A DNA stretch of 58,603 bases from contig JBHLMP010000017.1 of assembly GCA_048938025.1 (NCBI GenBank), positions 1 to 58,603 on the forward strand. The letters run 5' to 3'. Positions 1 through 9,761 of the stretch are shown piece after piece (the first letter of the stretch is position 1; the number at the start of each line of letters is the position of its first letter). A program made the position numbers and the translations under genes. The notes below the pieces were generated by a model. It worked only from the letters and a program-made list of their open reading frames with translations, made no database searches and had not been told where the DNA came from. Origin of the DNA: Promethearchaeota archaeon (GTDB taxonomy: Archaea; Asgardarchaeota; Lokiarchaeia; Sigyniarchaeales; SOKP01).

Positions 1-524
1 ACTCTCATTAAATCTTCTACTGTTGTTCCATATTTATGGAAATGTGCTGATGCGAGAGCAGCATATAATCCTGGAAAGGTCGCTCCTGCTGGATATTCAA
101 ATAAACTGTCAGAAGCTGTTGCTAACACATCAGTTACTCCAGTAGTAGGTAATTCGGTCATGCATTCAACACCAGATACAACAACAACATCATGAACTCC
201 CGATGCTATTGCTAAAACCGCCTGACGAAGAGCAATTCCACTACTGGCACATGCCCCCTCAAAACGACCAGCTGGTTTGGGAACTAATCCTACTAAATCA
301 GCCATTTGTGGTCCTAGATGTCCTTGATGATTAAATAAATCTGAAGAATAATTTCCAACATAGCAGGCATCAATATCTTTGGGTTCAATTCCATTATCTA
401 CTCTACTTACAGCATCTAGCCATGCATCAATCCATAAATCAGGATTTCTTTTAAGAGGGAAATGTGCTCCAAATTTGCTCATTCCCGCTCCAACCATAGC
501 TACTTTTCTTGCTAGTTTTCCCAT
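1..524 (-). CDS. Thiolase (SCP2/archaeal-type acetyl-CoA acyltransferase), 3' end runs off the window
   Basis: Not in the ORF track. Manual translation from ATG 524: MGKLARKVAMVGAGMSKFGAHF...CYVGNYSSDLFNHQGHLGPQ...RFEGACASSGIALRQAV, which contains the thiolase active-site Cys motif. Confidence 0.9.
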   Translation of the reverse strand, partial: MGKLARKVAMVGAGMSKFGAHFPLKRNPDLWIDAWLDAVSRVDNGIEPKDIDACYVGNYSSDLFNHQGHLGPQMADLVGLVPKPAGRFEGACASSGIALRQAVLAIASGVHDVVVVSGVECMTELPTTGVTDVLATASDSLFEYPAGATFPGLYAALASAHFHKYGTTVEDLMR

Positions 525-657
525 TTTTTTTTACCTAATAATATTTTTAAATTATAATTTTCAAATTAAGAAATTAAATTTTTGACTTGTTTTATTTCTT
601 ATTTTTTCTTTTTATTAGTGAAAGACATTAAATTTTGTTCTTGTTAATCTTTATTAT

Positions 658-1893
658 TTAGTCATGAAAATATTTAACTAAATACCATACTTCGAAAAAA
701 ACCCCTATTATACTTAAAATAAAAGGAGCAAGATAATGTACACTTTCAATTAGAAAACCCCCAATAACTCCTGTAAACATAAAACCAATGCCTCTAATAA
801 AACCAACAATTCCATATGACTCTGCTTTTCTAGTTTCATCTAAATTTGTTAAGAGAATTTGTTCTGATGGAACAAATGTTGTAACTGATAATCCTATACA
901 AATTTGACCGATAATTATAAATGGGATTAATATTATTTCGAATCCCATCTTCCAAAGGGAAAAAGCAAAAATATTCATAAAAAAAAATCCAATCCCAAAA
1001 AATTGACTTAAAATCAAACTTTTTTTCTTTCCTAGTTTATCTACCAATTTACCTGCAGGAATTTGAGAGGCTAGATTAGTAATATTAAATGCGATTGAAA
1101 AGATAGCTAATTGTTCTATTGTGAAATTATATTGATCCTTTAAACCCCCACTATAAATTGACAGAGAGATGCTATATATGAAGATGTCTAATGTGAAAAA
1201 AATCAATATTACTTTTGTTTTGGGAGTTTGAAACAATTTTCGCCAAATCTTATGATCATTATTTGAAGAATTATAATATTGAATTGCATTCTCATTAATT
1301 CTTAATTTATAAACATCAGAAAGAAATAGAAAACACAAAACCCATTCTATTAATATTATTCCTGTAAATATTAAAAAATAAAATCGAGAACTTACACTTC
1401 CGTTAAACATTATTAATGTTGAACCACCAATAATTCCTCCAAAATAGGAAAAAAACATTAAACCATATATCAAACCTTTTTCTTTATCACTACTTTCATT
1501 GGTTAAAATTTGTCTATTTAAATTATTAATGGTAAATCCCATAAAATATAGAAGGATACCAATTACTAAAAAATAAAGGGTACTAGAATTTGAAATAATA
1601 AAAAATAATAAACCTAAGATATAGATTGGAAAACCTACTAATAGTATGATTTTACGTCCATGTTTGTCAGATAATTTACCCACAATAGGTAATGGTAATA
1701 ACTGCATTGCTCCTCCAAGCGATACTAAAACACCAGTAATAAATATTGAATTTGTAAGATCTAATATAAAGGGCTGCAATAATACATTTACCATCCCAAT
1801 TCCGAATCCATGAATTAAACCAATAATAAATAGAATCCAAAGATTCTTCCGTTTTAGTTGATCAATTTCATCTAAATTTTGGTTTAAACTCAT
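658..1893 (-). CDS. MFS transporter
   Basis: About 12 hydrophobic segments and MFS motif A twice (GKLSDKHGRK, GKLVDKLGKK). Confidence 0.9.
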   Translation of the reverse strand: MSLNQNLDEIDQLKRKNLWILFIIGLIHGFGIGMVNVLLQPFILDLTNSIFITGVLVSLGGAMQLLPLPIVGKLSDKHGRKIILLVGFPIYILGLLFFIISNSSTLYFLVIGILLYFMGFTINNLNRQILTNESSDKEKGLIYGLMFFSYFGGIIGGSTLIMFNGSVSSRFYFLIFTGIILIEWVLCFLFLSDVYKLRINENAIQYYNSSNNDHKIWRKLFQTPKTKVILIFFTLDIFIYSISLSIYSGGLKDQYNFTIEQLAIFSIAFNITNLASQIPAGKLVDKLGKKKSLILSQFFGIGFFFMNIFAFSLWKMGFEIILIPFIIIGQICIGLSVTTFVPSEQILLTNLDETRKAESYGIVGFIRGIGFMFTGVIGGFLIESVHYLAPFILSIIGVFFEVWYLVKYFHD

Positions 1894-1966
1894 GATTTAA
1901 ATTACTTTCTCCATAATAAAGATTTTTTATTATAAATGGATTTATGGTATTAAATAATAGAATAAA

Positions 1967-2521
1967 TTAATACTCAATACCATAGCGAGCATTTATACCT
2001 TGTGAGGAATAATAATGTTTTATCATCTTCATTTCGGTAACTAAATCAGCTATCTCTTTTAATTTGGGGTGCATCTTTGGACCCCCTGTTAAAATTAATT
2101 CAACTTTTTCAGGTTTTTTTTTTATAATTTCCAATACAGGTTCAACAGAAATAACATCCATAGAGATCGCAACTCCAACTTCATCAAGTATGACAATATC
2201 GTATTTATCGCTCATGATAATTTCTTTAGCAAATTCGAGTGCTTTTTTTCCTTCTTCTTTATCAAATTCTCCCGGTTCGGCTATTAGTTCTGTACTTCCG
2301 AATTGCTTTAATTCAAAATTCGGAATTGCTTTAATTGCTTCAATTTCTCCATATTTATAATTACCTTTCATAAATTGAATCATATAAACCTTAAATCCAT
2401 GCCCTATTGCGCGTATAGCTTGTCCAATTGCGGCTGTAGTTTTCCCTTTGCCACGTCCAAAATAAATCTGCACAAATCCTTGTTTTAATCTTTTTCTACC
2501 TGAAATCATCTTTACATACAC
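1967..2521 (-). CDS. cobO: Cob(I)alamin adenosyltransferase, CobO/BtuR type (start more likely ATG 2509)
   Basis: GRGKGKTTAA P-loop, IQFMKG, DIVILDE, ELILTG, ADLVTEM and C-terminal GIEY. Confidence 0.92.
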   Translation of the reverse strand: MYVKMISGRKRLKQGFVQIYFGRGKGKTTAAIGQAIRAIGHGFKVYMIQFMKGNYKYGEIEAIKAIPNFELKQFGSTELIAEPGEFDKEEGKKALEFAKEIIMSDKYDIVILDEVGVAISMDVISVEPVLEIIKKKPEKVELILTGGPKMHPKLKEIADLVTEMKMIKHYYSSQGINARYGIEY

Positions 2522-2582
2522 TCCTAATTTTATTATATTTTGGAATACTCTATTATTTAATTATTTTTTAATACTGAAAATT

Positions 2583-3359
2583 GTGATCTTATTGGGTATT
2601 TATGAGAAATTAGATAGTCAATTAAATAAGTATCTTAGATTAGCTACTTTTCCTATAGGTGTAAAATTACTTGAAAATTCTAAAGATTTAGATCAAATTA
2701 AATTTCTAAAAAAGCCGGAACACAAGCTCGCTCTTTGTCAAATATTTAGTTATGCTAGATATTATGGTTGGACTATGGGTTGTGTAAAAGGAGATAATTT
2801 ATGCCCACTAGCAGAAATTTCTATTGGATTTGAAGAATCACATAGATTATTTGAAGAAGGAGCATTTTTTATAGGAAGATATAATGAAACAAAAGAAGCT
2901 GCTAAAAAAACAACTGCTACCATGCCTAAAATTCCTTTTGGTCAGTATTCTGCAATTGTCTCAGGAGCTTTAAGCCGTATTGATTTTGAACCTGCTTTAA
3001 TATTGATTTGGGGGAATTCTGCTCAGATAATGAGAATAATTCAGGGATATTTATGGAAAAAGGGAGGAAGAGTTTCAATGTCAACATTTTGTGATGGGGT
3101 ATGTGCTGATATCATATCAAACGCAATTATTACAGGAGATTTACAGATTGCTTTTCCATGTTTGGGAGATCGCCGTTTTGGAATGGCATCTGATACTGAT
3201 TTAATAGCATCTATTCCTTTCAAAATCGTTGACGAAATTATTGATGGTATGGAAAAAACACATAAAGCAGGGACAAGATATCCAATTCCTTATAAAATTT
3301 CTACTCCAGACTTTTTTGTAAAATTAAAAAAACAATTAGATAAAGCAAAAAGAGATTAG
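2583..3359 (+). CDS. DUF169 family protein
   Basis: P(I)GVK, CQ...AR, CP, CxxxC and PCLGDR pattern typical of DUF169. Confidence 0.8.
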   Translation: MILLGIYEKLDSQLNKYLRLATFPIGVKLLENSKDLDQIKFLKKPEHKLALCQIFSYARYYGWTMGCVKGDNLCPLAEISIGFEESHRLFEEGAFFIGRYNETKEAAKKTTATMPKIPFGQYSAIVSGALSRIDFEPALILIWGNSAQIMRIIQGYLWKKGGRVSMSTFCDGVCADIISNAIITGDLQIAFPCLGDRRFGMASDTDLIASIPFKIVDEIIDGMEKTHKAGTRYPIPYKISTPDFFVKLKKQLDKAKRD

Positions 3360-3385
3360 TCTTATTTGTGAATAAATTTTTCTAT

Positions 3386-3574
3386 TTAAAGCCAGGTATA
3401 TTCACTTTTATCAAGTTTTTCATGAAATATTTTTTCATCTTTTTTTAATTGACTTACTCTACTTTTTTTCGAATATGGTTTTATTTCTTTTTGGTGTGGT
3501 TTCCCTTCTTTCTCTGATTTATGATCTTTGAGGTGACTAACTCTATGCTCGTATTTTTTACTCGTATTAATCAC
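3386..3574 (-). CDS. Small charged hypothetical protein
   Basis: 62-aa Lys/Glu-rich ORF with AAGGAG overlapping the called GTG, so the true start may be the next codon (ATT). Confidence 0.5.
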   Translation of the reverse strand: MINTSKKYEHRVSHLKDHKSEKEGKPHQKEIKPYSKKSRVSQLKKDEKIFHEKLDKSEYTWL

Positions 3575-3915
3575 TCCTTTAAGAATTATATTTATGATTT
3601 TTTTTTCTATAATTAATGGTCAAGGTAAATATTTAAAAGTTTTATATAATAAATGTAAGGTTTAGAGGATTATTAATAATTAAATTACATATTATTAATG
3701 GGTATTACTTATATGATATAAATATAAATAAATAAGATATTTGTTCTTGGTCAAGGGTAAATTCTAATATCATATTGTTTAATTTAGTTGATATTCGTTT
3801 TTTAGTCCACTAATATAGATAATTTTAATAAAACAGTATTAGAATTTTTATTAAAGCAATTATTGATTCTAAATATTATTCAATCTTAATCATATTTCAA
3901 ATGGGGAGATTTTAA

Positions 3916-4776
3916 ATTCGACAAACCAAACTAATGTCTTTACAAGAATCTATTTCAACTTATGTTCAAGACGGTGATTTGATTGGATTTGGTGGATTAT
4001 CATTTTGGCGAAAACCATTGAGCGCCTGCAGAGAAATCATTAAGCAAAATAAAAAGAAATTAAAGGTATGTACTTTTGTTGGTGGTATTGAAATTGATAT
4101 GCTCATTGGAGCTAGTTGTGTCTCAGAAGTAAAGTCTTGTTTCGTTGGAATGGAAATATTCGGAATGGCACCACATTATCGAAAAGCGGTAGAATCGGGA
4201 TCGATCAAGATTTCCGAAGAGAGTGAAGCTACTATAGCTTTAGGATTAAGAGCATCCTACTTGAAAGTACCTTTCATGCCTTTAAAAGGTATTATAGGCA
4301 CCGACATGCCAAAAGTAAGGAATGATATAAAACAAATTGATGACCCCCTTGGTTCAGGAACTCAGGTTATGGCTGTACCTAAAATAGATTTAGACGTAGC
4401 TATAATTCATGTGCCCTATGCTGATGAATTTGGAAATGCCAATATTACTGGAGCAGTATGGATGGACGCAGATATGGCTAAAACTGCAAAAAGAACAGTT
4501 ATTATCTGCGAAAAATTAGTTGAAACAGAAGACATCCGATATTTATCTGGTAAAGCACAATTACCAATGCAAACTACAGATGCAGTAGTAAAAATACCAT
4601 TTGGTGCCCATCCAACTAGTTGCTACCCTTTCTATACATTTGACCCATTTCATATTCAAGAATATCTTAAGACCGATTTTGAAGATTATAAGAATAAGTA
4701 TATTATTAACAAAACTCCAGCTCAATATCTTGAAAAGGCTGGTGGAGTTCAAACTATTTTAAATATATTGTTATGA
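3916..4776 (+). CDS. Family I CoA-transferase-fold subunit A (GctA/IpdA-like). ORF-track start is ATG 3934; extension to ATT 3916 is possible
   Basis: DGDLIGFGG, RKP, DMLIGA, VPFMP, DVAIIH..ADEFGNA, PFGAHPTSC. An in-frame ATT-CGA-CAA-ACC-AAA-CTA precedes the ATG, after GGGGAGA. Confidence 0.85.
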   Translation: MRQTKLMSLQESISTYVQDGDLIGFGGLSFWRKPLSACREIIKQNKKKLKVCTFVGGIEIDMLIGASCVSEVKSCFVGMEIFGMAPHYRKAVESGSIKISEESEATIALGLRASYLKVPFMPLKGIIGTDMPKVRNDIKQIDDPLGSGTQVMAVPKIDLDVAIIHVPYADEFGNANITGAVWMDADMAKTAKRTVIICEKLVETEDIRYLSGKAQLPMQTTDAVVKIPFGAHPTSCYPFYTFDPFHIQEYLKTDFEDYKNKYIINKTPAQYLEKAGGVQTILNILL

Positions 4777-4803
4777 GGATATTAACTTTTATAGGTGTTT
4801 TGA

Positions 4804-5601
4804 TTGATTAAAATTATTCAAAATAATCCAACTTTAGAATTAATTAATAGTAGAAGATCTATTCGTGCGTATAGTCCTAAACCACTTACTCAAGAAGAAA
4901 CTAATACAATTATACATGGAGCAATGAGGGCTCCTACAGCAGGGAATATGATGTTCTATTCTATTATTCAAGTAACAGATCAGAAAATGAAAGATAAATT
5001 GGCAATAACATGTGATAATCAACCCCATATTGCAAAAGCTCCCTTAGTTTTAGTTTTTCTAGCCGATATGCAACGCTGGTGGGATTATTTTAAAATTTGT
5101 AGAACAAAAGAGTTATGTGATGAGATTGGTGTAGAATTTGAAACACCACAAGAATCCGATTTATTACTTGCCTGTTGTGATGCATTAATTGCTGCCCAAA
5201 ATGCTGTTATTACAGCTGAAGCTTTGGGAATTGGTTCCTGTTATATCGGCGATATTGTAGAAAATATTGAAATACATCGTAAAATGTTCAATCTTACTCG
5301 ATGGGTATTTCCGATAATAATGGTATGTTTTGGATATCCAAAAGGTGATAAGGAAAACATACCTTTAACACCAAGATTTTCTCAAAAATTTATTCATTTT
5401 ATCAACGAATACAAAAGATTTAATCCGCAGCAATTTACTGAAATGTTTCAAAATGTAGATAGAAAGTATGATATAAAACATGCTAAAAATTTGGGGCAAA
5501 AATTTTATTTTGCTAAGTTAGCTGCTGATTATTCTAAGGAAATGCGCCGATCAGTTAAAGTGGCTATTAGCGATTGGATTGAAAAAAATAAGGATACTTA
5601 A
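4804..5601 (+). CDS. Nitroreductase (NfsA/Frp-like flavin oxidoreductase)
   Basis: RRSIRAY, RAPTAGNM, QPHIAKAP, DALIAAQN..AEALGIGSCYIG, CFGYP. Confidence 0.9.
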   Translation: MIKIIQNNPTLELINSRRSIRAYSPKPLTQEETNTIIHGAMRAPTAGNMMFYSIIQVTDQKMKDKLAITCDNQPHIAKAPLVLVFLADMQRWWDYFKICRTKELCDEIGVEFETPQESDLLLACCDALIAAQNAVITAEALGIGSCYIGDIVENIEIHRKMFNLTRWVFPIIMVCFGYPKGDKENIPLTPRFSQKFIHFINEYKRFNPQQFTEMFQNVDRKYDIKHAKNLGQKFYFAKLAADYSKEMRRSVKVAISDWIEKNKDT

Positions 5602-5623
5602 ATAATAAAAGAGGGATAAAAAA

Positions 5624-6502
5624 ATGAAAGAATATTCGAAGGATTATACTATAGATGAAATGATGACTGTTTTAATGGCGAGGGAAGTTAGAAACGACGA
5701 TGTAATGATCGTTGGTGTTGCGACTCCCATGGTATGGGCTGCTTTCACTTTAGCAAAAGTGACTCATGCACCTGATGCAATATATCATTATATTATGGGA
5801 AATACATTTGTATTAGAACCTCGGCAAGTAAGTTTGCTTTACCATGAAATGAATACAGCAAGGGCATACCGATTCCAAGATAGTGTTGAATGCACATTAG
5901 AATCATTACCTTCCGATAAACTAACTACTATAGAGTTCTTTAGACCCGCTCAGATTGATCAATATGGAAATAGTAATAATATTTGCATTGGTGATTGGCA
6001 CAATCCAAAAATACGGCTTCCTGGAGCAGCAGGTATACTTGATTTTAGCATGTTTTATTCTCGTGGTTCTTTTCTTTATACACCTCGACATGATACAAGA
6101 ACATTTGTGCCAACAGAAGAATTGTCTTTCATTTCTGGTGTTGGATTTCCTGAGGGAAAACCTTCGATATGTGGTGGTTCAGGTCCACAATGCGTCATTA
6201 CCAATCTTGCTTATTTAGATTTTGATGAAAAAACAAAAAAGATGAGATTAAATTCAATCCATCCTGGTATTGAACTTGAAACCGTAAAATATTCAACTGG
6301 TTTTGAATTAAAAATTCCCCAGAATTTAAAAGAAACTAAACCTCCAACAATAAAAGAACTTAAATTACTACAAGAAAAAGTTGATCCATTAAATATTAGA
6401 CAATTAGAAGTGCTCTCTGGCAAAGAACGTGAAGAATTATTAGATGAGATCATTCAAAAGGAATTAGCAATGAAAAATAGATTTCCAAAACCAATAGGTT
6501 AA
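5624..6502 (+). CDS. Family I CoA-transferase-fold subunit B (GctB/IpdB-like)
   Basis: AQIDQYGNSN, RLPGAAG, VITNLA, SIHPG...TGFEL...PPT..EL..L...VDP. Confidence 0.85.
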   Translation: MKEYSKDYTIDEMMTVLMAREVRNDDVMIVGVATPMVWAAFTLAKVTHAPDAIYHYIMGNTFVLEPRQVSLLYHEMNTARAYRFQDSVECTLESLPSDKLTTIEFFRPAQIDQYGNSNNICIGDWHNPKIRLPGAAGILDFSMFYSRGSFLYTPRHDTRTFVPTEELSFISGVGFPEGKPSICGGSGPQCVITNLAYLDFDEKTKKMRLNSIHPGIELETVKYSTGFELKIPQNLKETKPPTIKELKLLQEKVDPLNIRQLEVLSGKEREELLDEIIQKELAMKNRFPKPIG

Positions 6503-6506
6503 TTAT

Positions 6507-7289
6507 TTATTCATATTCTTTTTGACTTACATACAATTTAATTTCACGATTATATTTTTCAAGTGTTATAAAATCTAGTTTAGCCAGCTTATCAACATGA
6601 TATTTCACAGTACTTCTTCTCATATTTAATTTCCTAGATATCTCCGCTGAATTTATGCCAGGATTATCTTCAATTAAATTCAATATTTTCAGACTGGTTT
6701 TTGATTTTTTTATCAATTTTAAGGGAATTTTTTTCACTTCTATTTTAAATAAAACAGGGAAAAAAGAGATATATTGCCCTAATTTCTCTCGTTTAATTAT
6801 TCCGTATTTTAATAGTACATAAAGATGCCATTGTAATTGTCCCTTTTGCAAATTGCACTGTCTAAGGAGTTCATTATTATGAATTCCGGGTTCTTGTAAA
6901 ATTTTATTAATTATATTTTTACGATTCTCATTTTCAAAAATATCTTCAAACGATAAATATTCACGTCCTCCAGTTATTATAGTCCTTCTCTTAAAATAGT
7001 CCTTATATTGATTAACAGTTAATAAAATGAAAAGTGCTGAAAATATTAGTGTTAAAAATATTAATAGGCCTATTAAAAACCAATTTAACGTATAATCTTT
7101 AGGTTCAAAAACCTCTTCGTCAGGAGGTAATAAGGGAAATATAGAAATTAATGAAATACAAATGAGACTGATGATAATACCTAATTTGACATAAAATAGT
7201 CTTTTGTATTTTCTTATTTCTTTTTTTAAAAAACTCATATTAAATAAAAAGAAATGGATTATATATAATTTTAAAAGTTTCCAATTCAA
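6507..7289 (-). CDS. Membrane-anchored double winged-helix transcriptional regulator
   Basis: Two N-terminal TM segments, then two wHTH repeats (NRKNII..I..EPGIH..EL...LQWHL and ILNLIEDNPGI...EISRKL...STVKYHV). Confidence 0.8.
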   Translation of the reverse strand: MNWKLLKLYIIHFFLFNMSFLKKEIRKYKRLFYVKLGIIISLICISLISIFPLLPPDEEVFEPKDYTLNWFLIGLLIFLTLIFSALFILLTVNQYKDYFKRRTIITGGREYLSFEDIFENENRKNIINKILQEPGIHNNELLRQCNLQKGQLQWHLYVLLKYGIIKREKLGQYISFFPVLFKIEVKKIPLKLIKKSKTSLKILNLIEDNPGINSAEISRKLNMRRSTVKYHVDKLAKLDFITLEKYNREIKLYVSQKEYE

Positions 7290-7879
7290 TTCGACTCACT
7301 AATCTTAAATTGTCTAATTGTCAAAATTGGGATTATAAAACCAACAGAGTTCTCGTATTCAATATAACTCTTACCATACTTTCTTCTTAATGAAAAATCT
7401 TCTATTTTAGCCAAAATGATATAAGCAATTACTTCCATAAACCAAATGAATACTAGAAGAGAATTTCCATATGAGAATTCATTATCAAATGGGAAAATTG
7501 GAGATGTATTGAGAGAAATCATTGTAAGTCCTAGAGTCATGATAATTATACCTAAATATTGGGGATGTCTTACATACTTGTATGGTCCCTTTCTTATTAG
7601 CTCTTTTCGATGAAACAATTGATATATGATTGAATAAATAAAAAATAAAGCTCCGAATAGCGCCATAACACTCCATGGAAAACCATAAGATAAAAAGAAG
7701 TCAAAATCTTGCATCGCAATTTCAGGATTACTTAAAAAATAACCCAAATATGTAATTAAAGGAATGCTCATAATTCCAAACCATATAGAAGCACATGGTA
7801 TATATTGGAAAACGGGGATTAATAACGATGAAATGGTGATTAAAGAGTTTTTAATAGTGGATTTTATCTTTTCTATCAT
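7286..7879 (-). CDS. Isoprenylcysteine carboxyl methyltransferase (ICMT/PEMT) family membrane protein
   Basis: LIRKGPYKYVRHPQYLG and ED..L..KYG..Y..Y motifs. Confidence 0.85.
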   Translation of the reverse strand: MIEKIKSTIKNSLITISSLLIPVFQYIPCASIWFGIMSIPLITYLGYFLSNPEIAMQDFDFFLSYGFPWSVMALFGALFFIYSIIYQLFHRKELIRKGPYKYVRHPQYLGIIIMTLGLTMISLNTSPIFPFDNEFSYGNSLLVFIWFMEVIAYIILAKIEDFSLRRKYGKSYIEYENSVGFIIPILTIRQFKISESN

Positions 7880-7953
7880 TTTTATTCCTCATTTTGTTTT
7901 ATTTCATTAAATTTTAAATAATTATTTCTATTTTTTTAGAAGAAAGTTGCTTA

Positions 7954-7989
7954 ATAAAGCTTTAAGGTGCACTTTTCGAACAATTCAAT
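7954..7989. repeat. 36-bp intergenic direct repeat, copy 1
   Basis: ATAAAGCTTTAAGGTGCACTTTTCgAACAAtTCAAT matches 9706-9741 at 34/36 positions. Confidence 0.9.
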
Positions 7990-8079
7990 GAAGAGTTATA
8001 AAAGAAACCCAAAGAAATATTAGAAAAACTGAGATATAAAGCAGGTTTATTGAAATTTTCTTCATTTATAAATTTAGAA

Positions 8080-9627
8080 CTAATTATGTTTTTTTGTTAG
8101 TTTATAATTTTTCTTGATGATTATGATCATAATCGCAATTAGGATTAAGGTGAAACTTCCACTGATTGTTAAAAAAGGAATAAATAAATCCCCAGTTATA
8201 GAGTTAATGATAATCTCAATGTATATAAATGGCCCCAGCCCATTTTCATGGGGAGGGGCTGGTGTTTGGTCTAATATATAACTAGTAATGATGTACATCT
8301 CATCAATTTCAGAACCAGAAATATCCTCAATAATTGATTTAATCCCCTTATTATGAAAGTTTTGATATACATGCCATCCTAAAGCATCATAAAATACAAT
8401 TGATAAGCCTATTGTTTTATCTAAATCTTTTAGAATCATTACTGTAAATTCATTAGAAGGAGATTGTAATTTATGAACATGAAAACCATAATAATAAAGC
8501 TTTACTTCATCAATAAGCGAGGAATCCTTAACAAGCGTGTATTTAGTAACACGAGCATCTAAATTTTCAAAACCAAAGAGGTTGTTTTTAAATCCCAACT
8601 TGTCTAAAGTTAATGCTGTAATCCAATTTAAATATAGTTCATTGAATGTTATATTATTACCTGCTCTTTTTAAGACATTTTCGATTCCAAAAGCTCCATC
8701 AGCAGGTTCTATTATAAGATTCCGGAGAATATCAACACCATAATGTTCAGCGATATAGAATGCAAACAAATAGGCACCCCCATAATCAATAGAATTTAAC
8801 ATATTCCAATGTAGAAGAGAATCTTCAGGATGTTCAAGAAAGAGAGCTGAACGTGAAGTAAGGTTTTTAAGTGGATTTAAATAACCTGCATGATACGTTG
8901 CATATTCCGCTAAAGCTTCGAGAGTGAAGTGAGGTTCATCCATTTCATTGTTAAACCAAATAAGATGATGAAATTCATGAGCAACCGTGGAGATCCCTGT
9001 TCTATAATAAATATAGAACATCTCACATAGGTTAGAATAATCTAAATTTAATTCATTTCTCTGATCATAATAACTGATAAGATTAAGAGATAACAAGATT
9101 ATGATTCTTGGATCACCATCTATATCCCCCAATGTTCCATTGGGATGTCCCGCTAAGTTAGTGATTCGAGGGTAAATTATATTATCAAATTCATCGCAAA
9201 TATAGTCTCCCTGTTGAATTGCAGCTTGCTCTCCTACAATTGCTAAACAACTCTTTTCCATGTAAATATAGCAATTTTCTCCTATTGAAAGTAATGTTGT
9301 ATTTACTTTATAATATAATGAGTTGGTGAAATCCAACATCCAGAAAGATCGTTGATATTCTACCTCAATGAAATTTTTGTTTTGTGATAAGCTCTGGTTA
9401 TTTTTAGAAGGACGGTAAAAGGGGTTTTGTTGAAGAATATTGAACTGCTGCAAAATATCATATTTTTCAGAATATTGTTGAATATTAGGTTTTTGGCTGA
9501 ATTGATAATTAAAAAGATTTTCACTTTCGATAAGAGCCCAACTTGAAAAAACTAATATACCAAACAAAAAAGTAATGATCATGAATTGAAAATATAATTT
9601 AGTAGGATTCAAATTCAATCTTTCCAA
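8080..9627 (-). CDS. Surface-anchored zinc metallopeptidase (M30/M6-like)
   Basis: N-terminal signal/TM, GDIDGDPRIIIL, TVAHEFHH (HExxH), downstream LEALAE, DYGGAYLF and a C-terminal TM followed by Lys. Confidence 0.8.
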   Translation of the reverse strand: MERLNLNPTKLYFQFMIITFLFGILVFSSWALIESENLFNYQFSQKPNIQQYSEKYDILQQFNILQQNPFYRPSKNNQSLSQNKNFIEVEYQRSFWMLDFTNSLYYKVNTTLLSIGENCYIYMEKSCLAIVGEQAAIQQGDYICDEFDNIIYPRITNLAGHPNGTLGDIDGDPRIIILLSLNLISYYDQRNELNLDYSNLCEMFYIYYRTGISTVAHEFHHLIWFNNEMDEPHFTLEALAEYATYHAGYLNPLKNLTSRSALFLEHPEDSLLHWNMLNSIDYGGAYLFAFYIAEHYGVDILRNLIIEPADGAFGIENVLKRAGNNITFNELYLNWITALTLDKLGFKNNLFGFENLDARVTKYTLVKDSSLIDEVKLYYYGFHVHKLQSPSNEFTVMILKDLDKTIGLSIVFYDALGWHVYQNFHNKGIKSIIEDISGSEIDEMYIITSYILDQTPAPPHENGLGPFIYIEIIINSITGDLFIPFLTISGSFTLILIAIMIIIIKKNYKLTKKHN

Positions 9628-9705
9628 CCTCCTTTTTTAATACTTCTTATAAAAGAATAAATAAATATGGAAATGGAATTAAAGAAGAAATAAACATATC
9701 TATTT

Positions 9706-9741
9706 ATAAAGCTTTAAGGTGCACTTTTCTAACAAGTCAAT
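9706..9741. repeat. 36-bp intergenic direct repeat, copy 2
   Basis: ATAAAGCTTTAAGGTGCACTTTTCtAACAAgTCAAT. On the minus strand it runs into a TTTATAAA TATA-like box upstream of the peptidase. Confidence 0.9.
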
Positions 9742-9761
9742 AAGGTATTTAAAAAAAGAGA

